Source of the DNA: Callorhinchus milii
Lineage: Eukaryota
Assembly (NCBI RefSeq): GCF_018977255.1
Contig: NW_024704758.1
Coordinates: forward strand, 9,238,001-9,302,000
Length of the DNA stretch: 64,000 nucleotides
Direction of reading: 5' to 3'
Part shown: positions 37,751 through 49,635 of the stretch, one piece after another
Position numbering within the stretch: position 1 is the first letter of the stretch
How the letters are laid out: each line of letters opens with the position of its first letter
Position numbers and translations under genes: made by a program
Notes under the pieces: model-generated
Seen by the model: only the letters and a program-made list of their open reading frames with translations
Databases searched by the model: none
What the model was told of the DNA's origin: nothing

Positions 37751-40259
37751 GACCCTTTCAAGTGCTTTGAGATGCCTCCCGACTTAAAAGGCATGAAATA
37801 TCATCTGTAAAGGTTTTTTTTGTTATTGAAATATTTGGGTGAATCCTGGGTTTTGCTGAACTCCCTCGTGGTCAAGGAAAGATTTCATAGACAACTTGTT
37901 TGTTCTTTTATAACAGTTAATCTATTCCCCTGTCCATAAGAAACTTGCTAAATTGAATGAAGTGCACTCTAATGTGAACTGTACATGGCCTTTTCTTCCA
38001 CACTAACTCTTGGACATTGTAAACTGGTTTGGTTGTTATCTACTGCAACAGCCAGTATCTAAGACCCAGACCAGCCGTGCCGGTCAGGAAAGAGTATTGA
38101 TTTTGTTCAGCATCTCGGATGGTTTATACAGTCGTGTACAAATGGCTTGAGTCTTGCTCTTGAGGATACATACACAGCTTCAGTTCTGCAAGATATCCTG
38201 TGGTACTTTGTTCCAATGTCAGTCTCTACATGTTACATGCTGTAAATCTTTACTGCAGAATGATTCTCGTTGACCTCTGATGGAAGGAAAGAGATTTCCA
38301 TCACAGAATGCATGCTTTAGTATTGAAAGGCTTGATTCCATTTTATGAATGTGATTCCATTCTGATGAATGTGATGCACCAGTGTGGTCTTGTGGCGCTC
38401 AGTTCTGTTGTCCCAAAGGATGGGTTCACAAGTTCCTGGTCACAGCCATGCTAAGTTTGAGCATACGTGCTTGTCTGTGCATGTGTTTGCTTGTGTGTGT
38501 GTGTGCCTGTCAGATCTGTGTGCCTGGCTGACAGTTTGTGTGTATATCTGTCTGTCCGTCCATAAGTGGGTGCACGCGCGTGTGAATGCGACTTTGAAAG
38601 TAAGGTGAGTTTCCAAATAAGATTAACTTAATTTCCACCAGTTTGGTGATCGCGATTATCGTTTGATCATTTTTTATTTCCCTTGAGTGAGGAGACTCGA
38701 GGAGCTGGGGAACGGCGAGTTACAAGCACATTATATGGCTCTTGAGCAGAAAGTGAAGTGCTTCGAATCGGGGCCTGTCATATCCCTTTGGGGTCAGCAG
38801 GGGGAGATCTGTACCAATAATAATCCTTAAATTTATATGTGTGCGGACAATACATTACAAATTTACATTTTTATTGTGCCTTTCATGTCGGGAGAACATT
38901 CCAAAGAGCTTACTTAACAGTACTTGCTGAGCACCCAATATATTTTTGTGTGTGTGTAACTGATTCAGACGCACGGTTGTCCTTGGCCTATGTGTAACAT
39001 TACTGGATGCAAATGCGGAAACCTGTTCAGTTTACCACTACCCACGATCCAAACATGCAGTATGACTGAGAAAAAATCACCACCTCATGCTCATTGATAT
39101 AATTGGGACTTTCACGGACATATAACAAAGGGATTAAGATTCATGACAGCATTGCGCCCAATTTTTTTCTCTCCAAATAACAACTGCATTGATTCCTCCC
39201 CCCAAGTTATTGCTGATAGTTACAGGCCAGCCTTGCTATTGTTATCAATGCTTTTCTCACAGTTTCAGCAGTCAAGCAAAATGGGAAGGGGGAATGACTA
39301 TATGAGGGGCCAGGGTTTGCCTTAAAGGGCAAAACTTTGCGTGTCGAGGGAGAAGTGCTAAAAGTGCTATTTTTTAAAAAAAATTATGCAGGAGTGACCC
39401 AAACTCAACCCGATTTAAGTTTGTAAAAGGGAACAGAATGCTGGCAAACAAGAAAGCTGACCCACGGTGCCTGCACGAGCAGCTTTCCCTCAGTAGAAAT
39501 CACTAGCGCCTCTTAGAAAGTGCATTGCCCACTTTGGGTTGTGGAAAGCGAAGTTGTGATACGAATTTCAGCTTTGGAATGACAAACTTATCCCCAAGAA
39601 ATTGGGGATAAAAATCTGGATTCCGGTATCCTGGTCAGAACTGAACTGAAAGTGGAATTCAGACAACAGCAAACCTGCAGGCAAAGCACTTCCGAACACA
39701 CATCCCTGAACAGTGCGCAGGAAGTAAAATGAGAATAACAATGAAGCTCGAGCAGTTTATCAATGTCTTCTGAACCCCACAAGTGCGTTGTATCCTTGAA
39801 CTTGTTCTCTGGCAATTTTTATTATTTAGAATCCTCTGGTCCTGTTCCAAAGAGAGCTTTGCTGTTGATTTGGTCCTCAGTGGCCCCTGAGGTATTATGT
39901 GGCAGGTTTTGTCTCACGCGACAGTTATTGATTGTTCTTTACACAATATTACTGCAGTATAACAAGCTTTTTTAATGTACAGTGAAAAGACCTGCTTTGC
40001 GCTCAGGAGCAGAAGAGAGTGCTCCAGTGCAAAATGTTCTTACACGTTTATAGTGCAGTAGTGGTGACGTGGAAGATGTGGGCTGCACATGCTTGTTGGT
40101 AGAACGTCTGCAAATCCCTGACTGTCCAGTGCCTTGGGACGTCCTCAAGACGTGCAAGTAACAATGTAATTTGTTGTTGTTGTTGTGTGAAATACGTGAG
40201 ATGTCTTCTCCTGGCGTGTAAAATGTAAATTATTGGTGTTGAGGTATATCTATCCAGGT

Positions 40260-40420
40260 TAATAATAATAATCCTTGCATTTGGTTTAGCTTCTTAACAT
40301 TTCTTCGAGACATCTCAAAGCGCTTCACAGAATATACTGTAAAGTAAATTGACTGTATATTTTGTGGACGAAAAGCGGCAGCCAATTGCCCACAAACAGT
40401 CGTGGACTGAGTGACCAAAA
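40260..40420 (-). mobile_element. Young tRNA-SINE family, 3' fragment
   Basis: (AAT)n tail through cccacaaacagtcgtggactgagtgacca. Confidence 0.85.
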
Positions 40421-41595
40421 TATTTTGTTTTTACGGTTAAGGCACTAGCACTCTAAATCTCACGTCAGCCACGCTATAGAAAGCCATTGCCGAAATGCAA
40501 ACTGAAGGCGTTATTTTCTGGGTAATCAACTCCCGATTAGAAGTCAGTAAATTTGCAGTGATTGTCACAATCAGTTATTGTTCCGCATCGGGTTCTTCGA
40601 GGCTCCGATCTCGAGGGCCATCAGTGACAGACACTGTCAGGAAATAAGTGGAATCCAAGCCAAATAAGTGACCCTCTTGCACCTCACAGTATATATTATG
40701 AAAAATAATCGGTACTCTGGAGTGATTTCAGGGGCGTAATCTCGTCTCCAGGCTCAGATGACAGTCATAAACCATTTGAGCTTTGCTCTCGCGATTTATG
40801 ACGTCATTTGAACCCTCCCTCTGTGAGACTACTGCCTGGTAACTGCTGCCAGCCACCCATTACTCAACAGCTCTCTGAGTGAACCATTAATCTGTGAGTT
40901 TTTGTTCATAAAATTGATTCTGTGCTGTAAGGATTCGTTTAATGGTCTTGCAGGATTTCATCTTCTCCGAATGAGAGATTTGTGTCATCATCTCATCCAT
41001 CTGTAACGTTATCATGTTATCGCCATCATATTGCGGGCAAAGGCCAAGCTTCTTCTGCTTAGTTCAGATCTACTGCCTTGTCATTGGAGTAACAGAAATT
41101 GATGTCCTGATTGTGACCGCACGACGCACTGGGTTTAAGCGCGGCACTTTAGACTGGGATGCACACTCCACACTGCTTTCTTTCACTGGAAGCTGCCACC
41201 TACATCAGCCGGTGTCTTTGCAAGTCGTGCTGATGTACTCACAACCCCTAACTTCGGGAGATGGGTGGATGTGAGATCAATGTACTCACGAGTTGTTTGG
41301 GAGGCTTTTATTGACAGGCCACATTTTTTTCATCAACGGCGGTCTGGCAACCAGCTGGTGAGCCTTAGCCACCCAGGCAGCTGGATGATACAGATCATTG
41401 CACTGTTGCATTAGGAAAAAGTTACTCCATGGCTCGTGATGTGGAAATAGTCATTTATGGCTGTTCTTGAGCTCCAGGAGCGAGGACGCAGCCTTTCGAA
41501 AGTGCGCGACTCCCCAAAGAAAATTCAATGCTTGACCCAACTCATTTATAATTTTGTGAGACTATCAAATGCAAGTAAATTGACTGTATAATAAT

Positions 41596-42416
41596 ATTAT
41601 TAACCAGTCCCTCTCCTCCGGATCAATCCCTGCCCCCCTCAAAACTGGTATCATCACCCCCCCCCTCAAGAAACCTTCCTTAGATCCCTCAAACCCCAGC
41701 CACTATAGCCCAATCTCTAAGCTGCCCTTCTTCGCAAAAGTCCTTGAACACGTTGTTGCCAATCAACTTTGCGTACACGTATCCTCCCCCTTCCTCTTCG
41801 AACCCCTCCAATCCAGCTTCCGCCCTGCCCACCTCTCCGCCACGTACGACACAGTCGATCACGCTATCCTCCTCCACCGCCTTTCCTCCGTCATCCACCA
41901 CTACCATCCATAAAATCCAGATCATTCAAAACTCTGCTGCCTGCATTCTTACCTGCACCAAACTCCGCTCCCCGATCACCCCAGTCCTTGCCAGACTGCA
42001 TTGGTTGCCTGTCCTAGAGAGGATCGACTTCAAGATCCTCACCCTTGTATTCAAATCCCTCCACTCCTCTGCACCCCCCCGACCTCTCTGACCTCCTCTC
42101 CTCAAACAGTACCCGTTGCCTCCGTTCCTCCAGGTCTGGCCTCCTCCTCATCCCCCGAGTCCTCCGCTCCACCCTCGGTGGCCATGCCTTCAGCCACTAT
42201 GCCCCGAGGCGCCGGAACTGCCTTCCTCACTCCCTTCATCTCACTCCCTCCCTTCTGATTTTCAGGTCTCTGCTGAAGACCTTTCTCTTCGACTGCGCCT
42301 TTGGTGACCTCCACCCCCCCTCCCCCAGCTCGGTCCCGGGATCCTTTACTGTAAAGCGCTCTGAGACGCCGTCCGGCGTGGAGGGTGCTATATCAATCCA
42401 AGTTGTTGTATTATTA
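41596..42416 (+). mobile_element. L2 LINE with two large internal deletions
   Basis: IINQSLSSGSIPAPLKTGIITP.LKKPSLDP..YSPISKLPFFAKVLEHVVANQL..FEPLQSSFRPAH|LSATYDTVDHAILLHRLSSVI|STTTIHKIQIIQNSAACIL..PITPVLARLHWLPV..RIDFKILTLVFKSLH..; terminal stem-loop and tail. Confidence 0.92.
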
Positions 42417-42429
42417 TAACAACAACGGT

Positions 42430-42638
42430 TAATCCTTGCGTTTGATATAGAGCCTTACCACGTTGTTGAAACATCACAAACAGCTTCACTCGAGCGCGTA
42501 TTTGTGGGTGAATGTGGCCACCGACGTGCACACCAGCGCTGCACCCTGGGCTGTGGGTTCAAAGTCCTGATGCGGGGCTTGAACCCACAACCTTCTCGTT
42601 CAGAAGTGAGATTGCTACCGACTGAGCCAGGCTGACAC
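42430..42638 (-). mobile_element. Deu-type SINE with head and tail but most of the core deleted
   Basis: Minus strand gtgtcagcctggctcagtcggtagcaatctcac..gttgtgggttcaagccccg head joined soon after to the tail; tail-to-tail with the L2. Confidence 0.75.
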
Positions 42639-44069
42639 TATTTCATATAGAAAAATGAAAAAATCCATTGACCCATGCAGCTCTCCTGAATTGCATTTTC
42701 TGTGCCTCCAGTTACTGGCAGAAGCTAATAATACAATGTGATGGTCCACTCAAGTTGATAAGACAATCTTCTTTTGTAAATATATTTCGTTCGAATATTT
42801 TGTTCTCATGTAAAATGTTTTTTGACTTTAATAATGATTTTATTTTTAATCGCTCAAAAATAGCAAGAAGGCACACCTTGGGTAAATAGTTTGGCTTTAG
42901 TAACAAAGAAAAAACATTTGTTTTTGTGGGAAGCTTTAGATATTACTCCCGACATTTGCAGCGAGCGTTTTATTGTCGTAGCGCTTTGAAGTCCCCTTTA
43001 TTCCACCTCCTCTGTATATTTCATTCTGTGTTCTTCATTTACCAGCTTTTGTTGAAAGGTCTTTGATGCCCCTTGTAACCAGCCAGCAGGAGAGGCCAGA
43101 GGTGTTCCAATACGACTCTTTCTCCATCCCCAGAAGACTCACCAGCCTCCAGCTCAAGGTGGATAAGGTTCTGAACCAAACGCAGTGGGACCTTCACGGT
43201 GGGTTTTCTGAAAGGATGATGAGATCAGTTGTGTCAAAGGGTCTTCTTCATCCGAACCTGTTGTCTGATCTGCTAAGCTTCTGCTCTAAGGCACTGACGC
43301 TAAGCACCAGCCTTGCCCAACTTACCTTCAGAAATCTCAAACTTCTGTTCGTTGTCTGGATCTGTTATGCCCGAAGAATATTTGGAAAAAAAAGGAAGAG
43401 AAAAACAACCCTCCCAATAGGGCTTCTTTAGCAGGGGATGAGTCACAGGAGACAGTCCTTGGGTTTCCACATGCAAACCCTTCAGTATCTATCGTTTATC
43501 AAATCAGCTGTGAAACAATCACATGACATTTGTGCCATTTTCTACATGTTAAAAAGTTAATTATTTCTGCAATTCTCCTGAGCTCCTTCTCTGACTCGCT
43601 GAAAGCGTTTTATTTTGGATTCTTGGTTTAATTCCATGTCCACTTTTGCAATCACTGTTACCCCTAAAAGCTTTTTTCAAAATGTTTTCAATTGCTCTTT
43701 CCATTGTATTTCATCCAAAGCATCTCGTTCAAAGTGGCATTATTGCAGTAATTTGTTTTCCAAAGTAATTTGCTTCCTAAAGTCAGTCTGTGTGGACGAA
43801 ATCATTGCGTTAAACAGGAGAAGTTGAGGAATAGAAAATGGTGATTTGCCAAATCCATTGCAGACCTTTAACCCTATTGCTGCAATGATTTAAAAGATGC
43901 TCAACTATCAGGCAACAAGCTTATAATAATAATCTTGCATTTGATAGATGTGATACTAATTTATCCCAATAGGAGGAACTGGGTTAAATTATTTTTTCTT
44001 GAACCAATCCATAGCAATGTGGAGGTATTCCACAATGTGAAGTGTCCAGAATCCCAAGCACACAGTGGG

Positions 44070-44320
44070 TTAAGTTCCATCAATTCAAAACTTGTTTATT
44101 CCTTCATCCACCCAATGATAAAGTGCAGCTCTTCTATGAGCGTGTTGCTCTCTGAGACCTTGAGCTTCTAGATCGCGCACAGAAGGTAGCCATCAGACTC
44201 CAATCAGCCATTAGCAGCCCTATCGATCAAATGCAGCATCTGCTTGCCAGTGTTTGACAGTCCACCTCACAGCTCACTGCCTCGACCTTCTGCAAGGCTG
44301 CACCTTGAACCAGCCACCTC
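44070..44320 (+). mobile_element. Old CR1-group (Crack/Daphne-like) LINE C-terminal relic
   Basis: LVYSFIHPMIKCSS and DLELLDRAQKVAIRL resemble LY.S.IRP.MEY.S.VW....L..LDRVQ..A.RL. Confidence 0.4.
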
Positions 44321-45527
44321 GCTGTGCTAAATGAACAGCAGTAACGCTTTGCAGACTGGTTCAAGACGCTTGGTACTGAGCTACTGCAGAAACAAAATGC
44401 ACAGCTTGTCCAACTTGAAGCTTTTCAAGCTGACGAAGAATGTATTGAATTTAACGAGAAATTAACCAACCGACATTAGCACAGGTTTGGTACACGGAGA
44501 GCAGAAGGTGGCGATACCGTGTTTCATGGACACTGATGTGTAAGCTTCTGGATATAATGCCACACGCAGATGGGAAAAGTGGTGCTAAGTTTTTCAGTTA
44601 ATTCTATCTTCCGATTCAAGTCTCACAGGATATGCCTTGGTGCAGCTTTTAGTTACTAAGTGTAAAATGTTTTGCACAAATGAAACGTCACAGCATTTAT
44701 CACGGTTGCGATAACCTGTTCTGGATTTTCTCTCCCTACCTGTTTTGGGGGTTCTCCTCTCAGCTGATGTGCCGTTCCTCATCTGAGAAGATGTTCGTAG
44801 ACTTCTGGCAATCCTAACTGGTTGGTCGGTAGTCTGCTCTGATGGTACGTCCAGTGCTGATTCCAACTACCAACAGCACAAGCTATTGTGACTGTCGTCT
44901 TATCAGGAAAAGGGCAAAGTAGTCGCGAGACTAATTCCCAAATGTGCAAGGAAAGAAAAAAAATGACTTTTTATTGTTCTGGGCAATTAACATATTGTAA
45001 TAAGTATTGAATTGTATGTCAGAGTTCTACATATATGAGAGTTTACAGTACATCCATGCTTTTAACTGCCATTGTCTTGTACCACCTAGTATCATTGGTA
45101 CAGGCTGGATACAATTCTTATCGGCCTTTCTGTAATTAAGACTTTATGAATTTACAGTTATCTTAAAAGTGAAAGAAACCAGAAGGAGATAAGAAATGGC
45201 TTTGATATATTTTTCAATTAAATGCACAGGGTAAAAATTACTTGTCGTATTAAATGTTTCAGTGGTAACTGATGTGTTGCGTGGAGATAAAGCACATTTG
45301 CATTTTCTTATTAGTTCACTTTCAGGTCATTTTGCTGAAATGGTGTTGAGCTTTAATGAAGTAATTTGTGCTTGTTCAAGTCGGAACCTTTCAAAGGGAG
45401 AAACCACGGGTAAGACACGTATTTTTCCTTCCGTAAATTGATAGAGCGCTCAAAAAAATTCCCTTAGATTTAACCTTAAAGCTATAATCTTAAAATGCTC
45501 AGATTGCTCAGCATTTTGAATTTATTT

Positions 45528-45925
45528 TGGCTCAATGGCTAAGTATGGGGTCCAGTGTGTAACTGTGCCGTACAGACTGGGATAGTCCAGGGTAAGTATT
45601 TAATCAGCATTGTTTGCTGATCTCAGCTGGAACGGGCAGCAAACCCTTGAGCACCACAAATGGTCTCAACATCCCTGGGGTCGACTGGGAGAAATCAACA
45701 ACAACTCGGATTTATATAGCGCTTTTCACGTAGGATAATGTCTCGGAACTCTGATTTCTGAGAAATCGGTCCCTGATCTTCGTGCAGTGGCGCCTGTTGC
45801 AAAGTGCATGTGTGTAGACATTGGGCACTTGGCTTTGATGCCCTGCACAAGTGAATTGTCTGCCATCTCTCATTGTCCAGGCTCATTTGTGAATGGCCCC
45901 AGAAGTTACTGTGAGGATCGCCATT
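45528..45925 (+). mobile_element. AmnSINE2-like ancient SINE, interrupted by a 63 bp insertion
   Basis: tggctcaatgg..actgtgccgtacagactggga..gctgatctcagctgg..cacaaatggtctca..ccctggg / cctgatc..aaagtgcatgtgtgtagacattggg..tgatgccc..ctcattgtccaggctca..gaatggcc. Confidence 0.7.
45697..45759 (-). mobile_element. Minimal L2 3' tail insertion with 8 bp TSD
   Basis: aacaacaactcggatttatatagcgcttttcacgtaggataatgtctcggaactct, flanked by gagaaatc at 45689-45696 and 45760-45767. Confidence 0.85.
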
Positions 45926-47877
45926 GTTCAGCATTGGTGTCTTCAGAAGAGGAGAGGCATAATTAATACCGATGGTACAGAAATGGGGAGGATTGGCGCT
46001 GGGTCTAATACTACGTTTTGCAGAACAAAACTCAGTTTCCTTTGCTGACGAATGCAGGAAAATTAAGACATTGTTGCTTTATCAATGTGCTTCACTGCGA
46101 AAAGATTCCTGAACATGTTAACGTGCATTTATTAATCATAGTATTCAAGAAGTGAAAAATAGAAAGCAGTTTAATTATTGTAATAATTTGGGGCGGTTAT
46201 CCTTACTATGCAGTCTAATACCCATACTTCCAAATTTTAATGTGCAGATAAATTTCAGCCGTTGAGAGATAAAGTAATATCTCCTCCTGAGGATGTACCA
46301 TAAAATAAGACTTTAAGCTTCCTACTGGGTGTCAATGCAAAGCCTGAGGTTGGGGCAACAAGTTAATGATTTGCCACAAAGCATCAGAACTTGGACCTTC
46401 GCTCAGCCCATAATTGAACCTTCATTCAATTCTGGGCAGGATTACATCTAATTGCGGAGAGAATGTCAGCAATAGTTGCTAGATTTGGTGAATGGATCTA
46501 TCAACCGTAGCTGATTACTGTGGTGCAGAATGAGATTTAACTCTTAAATACTCGTGCCACAATGGATTGTGGTTTGCGGTCCATGTCAATATTCAGAAGT
46601 CTTGTGAAGGGCAAGAGTTATTTCAAAATACATAATTTTATCGTTCGTTTTTTTTAAAATTGGGAACAAATGTGCCACAGTTTTGACCCAAATTATCTTA
46701 GCATTAGAGTACTAACTCCGTGTTGTCTGCCAGCTAATGCTGTATTATCAGGTGAGGGGGAATGAGCACAGAGCCCTTGTAAAGATGCAGTTGTTGTATT
46801 AGTAACCAATGTCAGATTTGATAACCCATTCAATGTGAAGACCTTCCAGTGATAAACCTGTCATATGGAATATCACATTTTTCAGCCCACGGTGTCTGTT
46901 TCAGAAGTCATTCTATTTAGAAAGGTGCCACCAAAGAGTATCGTAATCCCACATTTACAGCGATTTATACGAAATACCAATTTCAGCTCTTGATCAGAAG
47001 AGTTTTATCTTAATTTGCGGCAGCTTTGAATGATCCTCAGTGTCCCGCGTTCAGGGTAAGAGCAAACCTTTAGATTTTTATCCTCTGTGCTGCATGCTCG
47101 GTGGGGGTGGTGGGGGAGGGGGAAACATTCTTAATCATTGGAGATCCCACTTCAAGACACCTTGTGACAATTGGTGGCCTTCCACCGAGAAGTAATAAAG
47201 TGTGATTTATCTGCGGAGCTGTGGCCTTGAGAACCTCTCGACAATCTTGCAACTGCTGACATCATAGCCTTGAAGCTTGCGGCTTTATTTTACTAAGTTA
47301 GTTATGCATCCATCGCTTTTCTCCTCTAGCCCCAGACCACAATGTGGATACTCCTCCATGCAATTCACTTTAAACGTGTGATCTGTTTTGCCAGCGCTGC
47401 GCGTCCTCTGATTCCACTCACAGTATGCGTGGTGTGTTTTACCTCACCGCGCATACCAGTGTTTTCAGTCTTGCAAATCCAATGGGCGGCCATATTTAAA
47501 AAAAGGAAAGGGTCAAAATTGCCGCATCTGATGTGATATCACTGGCGATGTTATCACACGCTGCCATTTTGACCCCTTCCCTATCAGTTCAATCTGCTGC
47601 TGAACAAAACGATTGTTTAGGTACCTGTTTCTAAGCCTAATCTCAAAAGGTTTGATTTTCCCACCAGTTAAGATGATAAGGGATGTACTATCGACATTGC
47701 TGACAGCTGCTTTTGATCTTCATTGATGAAATGATCAGACATTAAACTTGGTCCCGTTTGCCTGTTGAGGTTGATACGATTTGGAAAAGAAAAGGGAGCC
47801 TTCTTGGTGGCCATGTCTATAGTAAATTGGCTACTCACAGGATATTACTGTTTACCTATTAGCACCGTTACTACACT

Positions 47878-48365
47878 CAACAACAACAACAACAACAAGA
47901 TTCCATTTATAAAGCGCCTTTCACGTCAGGAGGACGTCCCAAGGCGCTGCACAGTTGGGTCATGACCCGAGCAGGGGGGAAATGGTCAGGGTGAGGGAAG
48001 GGAGGGAGCAAGGAGGGGGGAAATGGTCAGAGTGAGGGGAGGGAAGGGAGGGAGCGAGGAGGGGGAAGAGAGTCGAGAGGGGAGCTGAAGGCACGGTCAA
48101 AGAGAAAGGTTTTGAGACCGGCCTTGAAGGAGGAAAGGGAGGAAGCAAGGCGAAGGCACTGGGGGATGGAGTTCCAGAGCCTGGGGGCTGAGAGGCTGAA
48201 GGCCCGACCACCGATGGTAGGGCGGTTGGGGCGGGGGACGTGGAGCAGACCAGAGCCAGAGGAACGGAGGGTACGGGCAGGTAGGTAGGAGGATAGTAGG
48301 TTGGAGAGGTAGGAGGGAGCAAGGCCGTGAATGGCCTTGTAGGTGAGGATGAGGATCTTGAAATC
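47878..48365 (-). mobile_element. Young L2 LINE 3' fragment
   Basis: DFKILILTYKAIHGLAPSYLSNLLSSYLPARTLRSSGSGLLHVPR..IGGRAFSLSAPRLWNSIP..FKAGLKTFLFDRAF uninterrupted; perfect terminal stem-loop; (TTG)n. Confidence 0.95.
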
Positions 48366-48442
48366 AAGCAACAAATTGGATTTATGTAGCTCCTTTCTCA
48401 TTGGGAGGACGACCCAACCCTCTGGAGTAAAAGTAATTAATG

Positions 48443-49054
48443 AACAACAACAGCAAAGTTACATTTGTAAAGCGCCCTTCATGTCGGGAGGACGTTCAAA
48501 GGCGCTGGACAGTGAATGTTTTGGACCCGAGCTAGGGGTCGGGATTGGGGAGGGTGGAGGGCAGGGGGGGAAGCTGGGTGATCGAAAACACGGTCGAAGA
48601 GGAAGGTCTTGAGATGGGTCTTGAAAGAGGCAAGGGAGGGGGCGAAGGGGAAGGACTGCAGGATGGAGTTCCAGAGGGTGGGGGCAGAGTGGCAGAAGGC
48701 CTGCCCGATAGTGATGGGGACGGCGAGTCGGGGGACGTGAAGCAGGCTGAGACCTGCTGAGTGGAGGGAGCGGGCAGGATGGTAAGAGTTTAGGAGATCC
48801 AGAGGTAGGGGGGAAGCAAGGCCATGGAGGGATTCGAAGGTGAGGACTTGGAACTTGAACTGTATCTCTGTGTGATACAAAGCCAGTGGAGTTGAGGATG
48901 GGGGTGATAGGGTCACAGAGCCTAGTGTGGGAGAGGGCTCGGGCTGCAGAGTTCTGGATGATCTGTAGAGGGAGGAGTTGGGGAGGCTGACAAGCATGGA
49001 GCTTGCATAGTCAAGCCTCGATGTTATGAATGCGTGCATGAGGGTTTCGGTGCA
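48443..49054 (-). mobile_element. L2 LINE 3' fragment (older subfamily)
   Basis: HAFITSRLDYASSMLVSLP..FKFQVLTFESLHGLA..GQAFCHSAPTLWNSI..FKTHLKTFLFDRVF; stem-loop and tail. Confidence 0.92.
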
Positions 49055-49429
49055 TTGCTGAGACAGTCATGTCATAATAGGCACTATATGAAATGCAAGG
49101 ATTATTATTACAATGACAACATTTTGCATTTATATAGAACCCTTCACCCGGGTTCTAACCCTTGACCGTCCAGTGTATTGGGCCATCCTCCCGATATGAA
49201 AGGCGTTAAATAAGTACAAGTTATTGTTTGTGGCTCCTCGTATTCCCACAGCGCTCACTTCGTTCTGTTCCTGGGCTAACACTGACATCTCTTAAATGGA
49301 GAGTGAGCGATGGAGAGACCATTTCATTCCATTGATAAGTGAACATTGTGATCCTTTTTACAGAAACCTTTTACAGGTTCGAGGGTTGGACAGGGTTCTA
49401 ATCAGAGGGAGAGAAAGTATTCCTCTCTA

Positions 49430-49635
49430 ATGGTCATTTTTGAGCCCAAGTTTCAATCCAGCTCAGATTGTTTGAATGAACACCTTGATTCCTGACATTG
49501 GTGCATGTGTGAAAGCTGTTAGGGGAGTTCTGGTGGGTGCAATTTCACTGCACAAATTGCTCGTAACTCAGGAGCGACTGACAGTAACTGGCTGGTATTT
49601 GTGAGCCATAAGAATAGCAGGTGTGGGAAATGTCA
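49430..49635 (+). mobile_element. LF-SINE-like relic
   Basis: tttcaatccagctcagattg..gaatgaa..atgtgtgaaa..agttctggtggg..gcacaaattgctcgtaactc follows the recalled LF-SINE motif order. Confidence 0.45.

Noticed and set aside
38106-38126. REST/RE1 site (ttcagcatctcggatgg)
   Set aside because: Too many mismatches, especially in the right half-site.
43063-43431. 122 aa ORF or minus-strand exons
   Set aside because: No recognisable homology; the donor-like motifs lack a matching acceptor.
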